Assembly (NCBI GenBank): GCA_016187125.1
Contig: JACPKF010000001.1
Span: 238,178 to 302,177, forward strand
Direction: 5' to 3'
Length of the DNA stretch: 64,000 bases
From: Candidatus Saccharimonadota bacterium
GTDB taxonomy: Bacteria > Patescibacteriota > Saccharimonadia > Saccharimonadales > UBA10212
The translations under genes were made by a program, and so were the position numbers. Below the pieces are notes generated by a model. That model did not search any database. It was not told the DNA's origin and worked only from the letters and a program-made list of their open reading frames with translations. Below, piece by piece: positions 57,071-64,000 of the stretch. Position 1 is the stretch's first letter. Each line of letters begins with the position of its first letter.

Positions 57071-57227
57071 ATTCTACCTCTCTTCGAGTCTGAGCCTGAG
57101 GGCTCATCCCTCAGAGTCGAATGACAGGTAAAATCAGCTGATAGCGTGCAGAGTACGGCGTATAGATTGACGGCAATTGCTGAACTCTGAAACCTGAAAC
57201 CTGAACCCTGATGATGAGTAAAGCGAA

Positions 57228-58079
57228 TCATAGTTGGTTTCCACCACGCAAATTATTTAGCAGTTCTTTTAGTCGCTCGTCCTTAATGTGCCGTTTAGCG
57301 TGGGCATACAGGCGATTGAAATCTGTGTAGGAGTCGTCGGCTTTCTCATGGGCCATTCTCATAGCTCGAAAACGGCTGGCATATTGTGCCAGTTTGGACT
57401 CCAGAATAACTTCGGACAGGGCAATCTGCATCATGGAACGTTCCAGGTGGTCAATAACCGCATGGGGGCTTGGCTCAAAAATATAATTAGCTTCGGTAAT
57501 AATTTCGGCTCCTGGTTTGACCTTAGCGCTCAGCCGCTCGACAGCCGTACCAAGTTTTATAGTTTTAACCGCCTGGTTCATCAGCGACATATAGCTTTGG
57601 TAATAAACGATCGTCGAAACATATTTTTGCACCTCGTTGACTAGTGGCTCTACATTAATATTTTGTTCGCTTTCCGGCAGCGTATAAGTCCTGGCAAAAC
57701 CTACACCTGCCTGCAGTAGTTGCACCGCGCCGTGGCGGCCAATAACAACGATATCATTTGCCTCCGACTTATAATCCATCAGAGCTTGGGCTACCAGTCT
57801 TTGGTCAATATCACCACTGAAACTTGACTCTGAGGTAATTAAAATCATCAGTTCTTTATTAATTAACTTAATGTTACCGCCACGCCCGAAATGAAATTGT
57901 TTGTCGATACGAATCTGATTATAAATTTGCCAAAGGTCTGCGAAAAATTTTTCGCTGCGTTGCACCTGGTCTTTAACCTGAGCAATCTTGGTAGAGGCAA
58001 TACCCTCAAAAGCACTGGTTAGTTCAATCAGTATGGCGGCCGCTTGGCGTTGGTGCGCTATATCAGTCAACTGTCTCAT
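57228..58079 (-). CDS. atpG: F-type ATP synthase gamma subunit
   Basis: 283 aa. Sits between alpha and beta. The N-terminal IxxxxxIxxITxAMxxVAxxK-like region and a C-terminal helix ending KELLNNLRGG are gamma-like. Confidence 0.8.
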   Translation of the reverse strand: MRQLTDIAHQRQAAAILIELTSAFEGIASTKIAQVKDQVQRSEKFFADLWQIYNQIRIDKQFHFGRGGNIKLINKELMILITSESSFSGDIDQRLVAQALMDYKSEANDIVVIGRHGAVQLLQAGVGFARTYTLPESEQNINVEPLVNEVQKYVSTIVYYQSYMSLMNQAVKTIKLGTAVERLSAKVKPGAEIITEANYIFEPSPHAVIDHLERSMMQIALSEVILESKLAQYASRFRAMRMAHEKADDSYTDFNRLYAHAKRHIKDERLKELLNNLRGGNQL

Positions 58080-58192
58080 CCCGTTAGACCTCCAAAAAAC
58101 AAACAGCGATTATTTTTGCGTCGAAGCAAGCACAGAGGTCCAAATGTAAACCAAGGTCCGGAAGTTAAGTGGAGTCTCATGGGACTCATGAG
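58080..58192 (-). repeat. 113-nt repeat copy B, immediately upstream of atpG (contains its SD)
   Basis: GGAGGTCTAACGGG lies next to the ATG. The distal partner CCCATGAGACTCC is at the same 91-nt offset and overlaps the atpA stop. Confidence 0.8.
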
Positions 58193-59622
58193 GCTGTTCC
58201 TTGGGCGCCGAATCCACTTTTAATAGCCGCCAGTAGGTTTTGGTAGTCGCTACCAGGCTTGGCAGCGGCGGCTGTGTCGTTAGCCAGTTTTTTGAGAGTG
58301 TTTATGTTCAAGCTGCCGGGAACATTGCCCGACAAAAGGCTGTCAAGCATCAACTGCTCGGCCAGCAGACCGTAGGTTTCGCCCGGTATTTGAGTAAAGA
58401 GTTGGTTGATCTGCGCCCCAATGGTCAGCAGTTGTTGTGTAGTCAGGGTCATCTCGGCTCCAAAATGGGTAAACTCTTGAGCTTTACGATAATCGGCCAG
58501 AATTTTAAAAACTTGACTCGCCTGCCAGCGTTGATGCTCGTTTTGGCCAACGGCACCTACCCTTGTAACACTCAAGCCAACATTCACCGCTGGTCGCAAA
58601 CCAGAGCGAAAAACTTCCATATCCAGCACCCACTGGCCATCGGTAATTGACATGATATTGGTCGGCAAGTAAGAAGAGATGTCGCCGCTTTCGGTTAAAA
58701 CCAGTGGCAAAACGGTTAAGCTTTTGTGATTTTTCTTAAGTTTTCCGGCCCGTTCTAGCAAGCTGGAATGGGCATGGAATATATCGCCGGGATAAGAATC
58801 ACGTCCCGGACTGACGCCCGAGAGCAAAGAGATCTCTCGGTAGACGTGAGCATGAGCAGTTAAATCATCATAAATCAAAAGAGCGTCCTGGCCGACGACT
58901 TGCCAAAGATATTCGGCCATGGCGCAGGCAGTGTAGGGTGCTAAATAGCTACTGACTAAGGAGTCAAAAATGGTCGAGACAACAACTATGGTCTTATCCA
59001 TCACCCCACTGTCACTCAGACGTTGCAACAAAATATCAATATCGCTGCGACGTTTGGCGATCATCACATAAATTACTATTTGGTCAGTGCTACGTTGGTT
59101 AATGGCAATTTGGGTAGCCAGAGTTGATTTACCTGATTTACTATCGCCAAGTATGGCTAGTCGTTGACCTCTTACAATCGGAAAAAGGCAGTCAATCAAA
59201 GTTACACCAGTTTCTAACTGAGTATTTAATAGTTCCCGTTCATAGATTGGCGGAGCAGGACCAAATACCGGCCAGTTAGCATCGGCGGCTATTGGTCCCT
59301 TGCCGTCTAGCGGATCGCCGCTCACCGAAACTACTCGGCCAATAAAATCCTTGCCGACTTTGGCGGTTAATTCCTCTTGCCCAACAGCTGCCAGCATGCC
59401 GATTTTAAACTGAGCGCTGCCTAGATTTAAAACAGTTACACGGGTCTCTAAAATATGTTGGACAAAGCCTTTGTTGCCGTTCTCAAAAATAACCAACGAG
59501 TGAGTACTAACCGGCTGCAGGCCTTTTATCTCGATCAGGAAATTATTAATGCCAATAACCTCGCCAACCGGCCGACCAGCATCAACCAGTTTTTGAAAGT
59601 GTTGGTCTACATCGTCAGTCAC
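58186..59622 (-). CDS. atpA: F-type ATP synthase alpha subunit
   Basis: Walker A GDSKSGKST, YDDLTAHA and SITDGQ motifs. 478 aa. Confidence 0.9.
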   Translation of the reverse strand: MTDDVDQHFQKLVDAGRPVGEVIGINNFLIEIKGLQPVSTHSLVIFENGNKGFVQHILETRVTVLNLGSAQFKIGMLAAVGQEELTAKVGKDFIGRVVSVSGDPLDGKGPIAADANWPVFGPAPPIYERELLNTQLETGVTLIDCLFPIVRGQRLAILGDSKSGKSTLATQIAINQRSTDQIVIYVMIAKRRSDIDILLQRLSDSGVMDKTIVVVSTIFDSLVSSYLAPYTACAMAEYLWQVVGQDALLIYDDLTAHAHVYREISLLSGVSPGRDSYPGDIFHAHSSLLERAGKLKKNHKSLTVLPLVLTESGDISSYLPTNIMSITDGQWVLDMEVFRSGLRPAVNVGLSVTRVGAVGQNEHQRWQASQVFKILADYRKAQEFTHFGAEMTLTTQQLLTIGAQINQLFTQIPGETYGLLAEQLMLDSLLSGNVPGSLNINTLKKLANDTAAAAKPGSDYQNLLAAIKSGFGAQGTAS

Positions 59623-60109
59623 CGACCGCTCCTTTGACTAGTGCCACCAAGTAATCTTTTTGGCGGTCCAAATAAGACCTCAGGCTCATATCAAAAACTT
59701 GGTTCGTGGTGCGCAGTACGCAACCAGCGGCAATTGTCGGCTGCAAACCGACTTGCAGCAGCGCATAAGGATGGATATTAGTCCGCAGCCAAACTAAGAT
59801 TCGCTCAATAGCTTGTGGCGATGGTTCGCTAGCAAAACTGATATGCATAACCGGGGCTATGGCTTGGATGGTTTTTAGTTCCTGGGCTAGATTTTGACGC
59901 TGCTTGGCATCAAGCAGATTATACTTATTGGTCTCAGTAGCCAGGCTATTCAAAATTCTAGTTACCCGAGGCGGCGGCGCGGCACCGGCTTTGCGAGCCG
60001 CCGCCGACAGGAAAAAATCATTCAGGCTACTTAGTTCTCTACTCAAGCGATTAAGGTCGCCGACGCTAACGACTGCACTTGGCAAGACAAGATTTGGCTT
60101 AAGTACCAC
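59615..60109 (-). CDS. atpH: F-type ATP synthase delta (OSCP) subunit
   Basis: 164 aa. The C-terminal PTIAAGCVLRTTNQVFDMSLRSYL resembles the OSCP signature. Overlaps both neighbouring genes. Confidence 0.65.
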   Translation of the reverse strand: MVLKPNLVLPSAVVSVGDLNRLSRELSSLNDFFLSAAARKAGAAPPPRVTRILNSLATETNKYNLLDAKQRQNLAQELKTIQAIAPVMHISFASEPSPQAIERILVWLRTNIHPYALLQVGLQPTIAAGCVLRTTNQVFDMSLRSYLDRQKDYLVALVKGAVGD

Positions 60110-60734
60110 GTTTAATATCCTCCAAAATAGCTACTTTATTGGCTTCCAGCTCGCTTAGTATGAATTCTAGTTGATCGGAAAGGTCGATTTGATTGCCGAT
60201 AGCCCGCAGAATGTAGTGGTTGACTATGCCCGCCATTTCGACTTCAAAGCGAGCTATTAGCCGGGCTTTTTGGGCTTCGGACTGAGTTAGCATTTGGGTT
60301 TCTAGGAACTTGCGTTGCTGTTCAATTGTAACGACGGTCTTTTCAATAGAATCAAGCGCCAGAGCTTTGGCGTCAGTAATTGACTGCTCATACTTTTTAA
60401 ACTCGACCTGGAGAGTACGAGTAATTTCGGCTCGCATGTAATCATTAAGCTGGCTGGTAGTTTGACGCAAATCTTGTTGCAAGAACATGGCATTTTCGCC
60501 AATAACTTTTTCAAAGTGCAGCCGGCCGCGATTCCTAAGTTCCTCACGGAACTCATTGTTAAAGATGTGGTCCACGTCTTCCTTGGCAGCTTGCTCAAAA
60601 ATCTGGCTAGTGGGAGACGCTGGTTTACCACCAGGACTGGGAGGGCCGGATTTAAGTTTGGTGGCCAGCCAGATAAAAGCTGCCGCCGCTGACAGCAGTG
60701 ATCCGATTACTAAAATTAACCCACCCGTATTCAT
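60099..60734 (-). CDS. ATP synthase b-subunit-like protein (N-terminal TM helix plus long helix)
   Basis: 211 aa. One N-terminal TM helix, a Pro-rich linker and a long charged helical region. Translationally coupled to atpH. Confidence 0.5.
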   Translation of the reverse strand: MNTGGLILVIGSLLSAAAAFIWLATKLKSGPPSPGGKPASPTSQIFEQAAKEDVDHIFNNEFREELRNRGRLHFEKVIGENAMFLQQDLRQTTSQLNDYMRAEITRTLQVEFKKYEQSITDAKALALDSIEKTVVTIEQQRKFLETQMLTQSEAQKARLIARFEVEMAGIVNHYILRAIGNQIDLSDQLEFILSELEANKVAILEDIKRGT

Positions 60735-60930
60735 TTAGGATCTCCGCACTACCACGTTAAAGGCCGGCAGCTGGGAGCCGGTTTTGCAAGCCGATTCCGA
60801 GGGGTTTTTGGTCTGTCCCAGACGGGTCAGAAATTTCGACAAAAGTCGGTCCCAACGACGCCGCCGGGGTTTACTCTTGTAATCATTGCTTGTCTTGGTG
60901 GTATTCAACTATCTAACTCCTGTAGTCATT

Positions 60931-61755
60931 TTACAGCCTTAATATTAAATATATGCCAGTTAGCCCAGCAAAAAACACTCCAACAGCCGAAAAAATAACT
61001 TGCGACAGGCTACGCATAATTGTGTGCCGGCTCAAGGGATTGCGGCCAATTGCAACCATGCCGCTGCGTACTCCCACCCAAACCAGCGTGAAGGACACTA
61101 TCATAGTTATAAGAAAGATCGCAAACACCGTGTAAATCCTAAGCAGCGATAGGCGCCGACCAGCTATATATTCGCTCAGGCGTTTAATTGGCTCAGGTAC
61201 AAGGCCGGCACTATTTATTAGCGGGTTTTTACCAGGTGCAATCTGGACTCGGATTTTATCGCTTATGGTTGTGCTGGAGGTCTTATTAGCCGTGGAATTA
61301 TTGCCGTCAAAACCTTGCAAGGCCCGGCCTAGTACATACGAGTCGTTACTGGTCGCCTTAGCAGCCACGCCGTCAGTCGAAGATATTGATAAATAATTAC
61401 CTGAGCTGATGGAGCCCTTCTCGGCAGTCACTAGCACAGAGTAAATGCCGCCGTTGGCAACTAGTACCTGCTGGCCTCGATTTTGAATACTAACTGAGGC
61501 CTCAGACGGACTAATAACCACACCATATATTCGATCTGGTGTGCCAGCCGGTGCCAGCTCGACGCTGCTGGAGTCATCGCGGCTTATGGCTACCACGACC
61601 CCGAGCTGAAGATCATCTTTAGCTTTAAAACTACGAGGTATATTATCGGCTCCGGCGTAGGCCGTACCTAAAAAAGTCGCCAGCAATAATGCCCCAACGC
61701 CAAATTTAACTGCCAGCCAGCTTCTTTTTGATAACGGCCTAAACACCAGTGTCAT
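60931..61755 (-). CDS. secreted/anchored protein with a C-terminal two-helix membrane hairpin, unknown function
   Basis: 274 aa. Signal-like N-terminus, a ~170-aa external domain, and a C-terminal TM-loop(GRNPLSR)-TM. It occupies the position where atpB/atpE are expected. Confidence 0.55.
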   Translation of the reverse strand: MTLVFRPLSKRSWLAVKFGVGALLLATFLGTAYAGADNIPRSFKAKDDLQLGVVVAISRDDSSSVELAPAGTPDRIYGVVISPSEASVSIQNRGQQVLVANGGIYSVLVTAEKGSISSGNYLSISSTDGVAAKATSNDSYVLGRALQGFDGNNSTANKTSSTTISDKIRVQIAPGKNPLINSAGLVPEPIKRLSEYIAGRRLSLLRIYTVFAIFLITMIVSFTLVWVGVRSGMVAIGRNPLSRHTIMRSLSQVIFSAVGVFFAGLTGIYLILRL

Positions 61756-61837
61756 ACTTCGGTACTAAGTATATCGCTTTTGTTTACCCAGTGGTAGGTT
61801 GAAGGTTAGCGACCATCAAAAACTTAGCTGCTTACTA

Positions 61838-62006
61838 AGAGCTAATTAACATCTCCCTGTTATAGGCAAAATTGAAGCAGGGTCCATGATTTTCAATCTG
61901 TTTTCTCGTGAGGAAGCATACCTCAAGTGGTACGCTGACGAGGGAAAAACAGATTGAAAGTGGGCCACCTTCGGTTTTGGCCGATAGGGAGATGTTAATT
62001 AGCTCT
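61838..62006. mobile_element. 169-bp MITE-like nested inverted-repeat element
   Basis: 21-bp perfect terminal inverted repeats AGAGCTAATTAACATCTCCCT / AGGGAGATGTTAATTAGCTCT, with an inner near-perfect hairpin at 61892-61958. The right arm supplies the last codons and stop of the desulfurase gene. Confidence 0.5.
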
Positions 62007-63140
62007 AAGATGGCGTAAGATATCAATTACTTGGTAAATATTAGCCTGGGTCGTAGCCCGGCCAAAGCTTAAACGCAAGGTGGCTTTGGCAAGCCCGTCA
62101 CTAAGGCCGATAGCTTTTAAAACGTGAGATGGTACAACGCTAGCTGCGCTGCAAGCGCTGCCGGATGCCGCCTGGATACCATGTTCATCAAGCTCCATCA
62201 CTAGACGCTCGTTATCTTGGCCGGGCAGCGTTACGGATACAATATGCGGCGCCGAGTTTTTGACTGGACCGTTTAAGTGAGCCTCTGGCAATTTACTTTT
62301 GAGCTCTGACAAAAACAAGTACCTCAGAGCGTTTATTCGCCGAGCTTCTGGAACTCTTTGTTTTTGAGCCAGTCCCAGTGCCACGGCTAAACCTACGGCC
62401 GCGGCAAGATTTTCGGTACCACTGCGCAGGCCCATTTCCTGTCCGCCTCCCAAGATTAGAGGCTGCAATTTTAGACCAGTTTTAACGTATAGTAGACCGC
62501 TACTTCTGGGGCCATAAATTTTCCCGCCGTTGATCGTCATTAAATCGACTCCCAGGCGGCTAACATGCAGATCCAAGAAATTGCCGGCTTGGGCGGCATC
62601 GCTATGTAAATATAGCGGCAGTTTATTACTATTTCTTTGGCGTTTTTTTCGAATGTCTTTAACCGCGCTAGCTATTTGCCTAAGTGGTTGGACAGTTCCC
62701 AATTCGTTATTGACCATGCCGATACTTACTAAAACCGTCTTGTTACTGATGAGCTCGACTAAACTTTCCGGTCTTACCAAACCAGTGGCTGTAACTGGAA
62801 TTTGTTTAGTTCGAAAAAGTCTGGCTGGAGCCAGCACCGACTTGTGCTCAATAGCGCTGGCAAGCAGTTCAGCTTCTGGAAATTGGCGCATAACACCTTG
62901 GATAGCCAGATTATTGGACTCAGTCGCGCCGCTGGTAAATATTATTTCTGTTGGTCGGGCCCCCAGACAATCGGCAATACTGGCACGAGCCTTTTCAAGT
63001 TCTAAGCGTGCATCTCTGCCAGCTAGATACAGCGCTGAGGGGTTATAAAATTGTTCCTTTAAGTAAGATTCCATAGCTTTCATTACTCTCGGATCCAACG
63101 GAGTGGCTGCAGCATAGTCGAGATAGATATTCTTTTTCAT
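61995..63140 (-). CDS. cysteine desulfurase (NifS/IscS-like, class V aminotransferase)
   Basis: 381 aa. HSDAAQ, a GGKIYGP PLP-lysine region and an active-site loop SGSACSA. Confidence 0.85.
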   Translation of the reverse strand: MKKNIYLDYAAATPLDPRVMKAMESYLKEQFYNPSALYLAGRDARLELEKARASIADCLGARPTEIIFTSGATESNNLAIQGVMRQFPEAELLASAIEHKSVLAPARLFRTKQIPVTATGLVRPESLVELISNKTVLVSIGMVNNELGTVQPLRQIASAVKDIRKKRQRNSNKLPLYLHSDAAQAGNFLDLHVSRLGVDLMTINGGKIYGPRSSGLLYVKTGLKLQPLILGGGQEMGLRSGTENLAAAVGLAVALGLAQKQRVPEARRINALRYLFLSELKSKLPEAHLNGPVKNSAPHIVSVTLPGQDNERLVMELDEHGIQAASGSACSAASVVPSHVLKAIGLSDGLAKATLRLSFGRATTQANIYQVIDILRHLRAN

Positions 63141-63922
63141 ATCAGCCCAAAAAGCTGTCTAGCGTTCTTAGTAGTTTGTCTAGCCAGTTGTTCAACTTCT
63201 TCCCCACGTAGCTCGGCCAAGCACTCAGCAATGTCGCGGATATGTTTCGGCTGGCAGATTTCGCCTCTATAGGGCTTTGGCGCCAGAAACGGCGCGTCGG
63301 TTTCTAACAGCAATTTGCCAGTTGGCACCAGCTTAGCGGCAGCCAGCTGGGCTCTATCTTTAGTAAAAGTCATTATGCCATTAAGGCCGACATATAAACC
63401 ACGCTCCAGAACTTGCTGCAACTGTTTAGGATGAGCGCTAAAGCTATGAACCACGCCCCGTATCCGCCGGCTGGGGGATTGATACTCATCAAAAATTTTG
63501 AAGAAATCTTCAAAGGCTTCACGAACATGGAATATAAAAGGCAGCCCGGTTTCTAGACCAATTTCGATCTGTTCACGTAGGGCTTTGGTCTGCTCCTCTT
63601 TAGATGAATACAGTTTGTAATAATCCAGTCCTAACTCCCCCACTGCCATAACTTTCGGTTTACCCAGCAATCTTCTCATTTCCAAGGCCTGGCCTTGGAA
63701 AGCTTGGTCCTCAAAAGCTTTGGCATCGTGTGGATGAATACCAACGCTCGCCCAGACGTTTTGATGACAACCAGCAAAAGTTATAGCTTTCTGACTATCG
63801 GCTAAAGTGGTGCCGACGGCAATCATGCGAGTTACGCCAGCCTTAGCGGCGTCGGCTAAAAGCTGAGTGGGCTGCAAAAAATCATCGAAATGCGGGTGGC
63901 AATGAGTATCAACAAAATACAT
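63137..63922 (-). CDS. TatD-family metal-dependent hydrolase
   Basis: FVDTHCHPHF N-terminal motif, GLDY, HVREA/H..SF, and LLETDAP near the C-terminus. Confidence 0.9.
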   Translation of the reverse strand: MYFVDTHCHPHFDDFLQPTQLLADAAKAGVTRMIAVGTTLADSQKAITFAGCHQNVWASVGIHPHDAKAFEDQAFQGQALEMRRLLGKPKVMAVGELGLDYYKLYSSKEEQTKALREQIEIGLETGLPFIFHVREAFEDFFKIFDEYQSPSRRIRGVVHSFSAHPKQLQQVLERGLYVGLNGIMTFTKDRAQLAAAKLVPTGKLLLETDAPFLAPKPYRGEICQPKHIRDIAECLAELRGEEVEQLARQTTKNARQLFGLI

Positions 63923-63931
63923 AAATAACCT

Positions 63932-64000
63932 TTAAGCGGCTTTAGCTTGGGGTTTTGGGACTTGGTGTTTGGGAAATAAGGAACCCGGAAGCGGTTTTAA
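63932..64000 (-). CDS. 3' end of an upstream gene (partial, runs off the window)
   Basis: The frame is open from the window edge to a TAA at 63932-63934 (...LKPLPGSLFPKHQVPKPQAKAA*). Identity is unknown. Being upstream of tatD suggests, but does not show, metG. Confidence 0.3.
   Translation of the reverse strand, partial: LKPLPGSLFPKHQVPKPQAKAA

Noticed and set aside
60735-60930. Hidden c-subunit (atpE) ORF in the gap upstream of the b-like gene
   Set aside because: I examined the minus-strand reading frames by hand. The longest open stretch is about 37 codons and hydrophilic, with no two-helix hairpin.

Overview
All calls below were made by eye from the sequence and the supplied ORF track. 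No alignment, HMM, covariance or folding tool was run.

**Overall content.** This is a 64-kb window of a compact bacterial chromosome made mostly of housekeeping genes. The gene content, the small tightly packed genes and the CCA-encoding tRNAs suggest a reduced-genome Patescibacteria/CPR bacterium, possibly Saccharibacteria-like. That assignment is inference only.

**Genes I can support:**
- A metal-resistance operon: ArsR-TRASH regulator, two small Met/His/Cys membrane peptides, an FtsX/ABC pair and a CPH-type P1B ATPase.
- A divergent thiol/metal cluster: a CxxC membrane protein, a CcdA-like protein with CC motifs, a secreted thioredoxin-fold protein and a His-rich anchored protein.
- DNA repair and replication genes: ligA, rdgB-like, uvrC, uvrA, ruvX and a frameshifted sbcB.
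- Envelope and quality-control genes: lemA, htpX, a D-Ala-D-Ala carboxypeptidase, a LysM/CHAP hydrolase, mltG, an ftsA-like gene and secG.
- Other housekeeping genes: obg, alaS, mnmA, rplY, a NifS-like desulfurase and a TatD-family hydrolase.
- Two MsbA-like ABC exporters.
- An F-type ATP synthase operon with b-like, delta, alpha, gamma, beta and epsilon genes, but no recognisable a or c subunit gene in it.
- Nine tRNA genes.

I found no rRNA, CRISPR array, integrase, transposase or reverse transcriptase.

**Most unusual signals (short repeat and structure families):**
1. A 23-nt perfect palindrome sits in-frame, in the same reading frame, inside ligA, uvrA and mnmA. It encodes VIGLT(Y/S)H in each.
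2. A GC-rich TCGAA/CTGAGC-word element occurs in intergenic DNA and also in-frame inside ruvX and alaS, in different frames.
3. A conserved leader module precedes three different tRNA genes. It has a covarying 12-bp hairpin, an RAGGAG box and exactly 69 nt to the tRNA.
4. A duplicated 113-nt element lies directly upstream of atpG and atpD. Its distal end is complementary to their Shine-Dalgarno regions.
5. Two tRNAs carry compensating changes of the near-universal G19:C56 elbow pair.
6. tRNA 3'-end fragments lie downstream of two tRNA genes.
7. A 169-bp MITE-like nested hairpin lies next to the ATP synthase locus.
8. A 954-aa proline-rich modular repeat protein is encoded next to obg.
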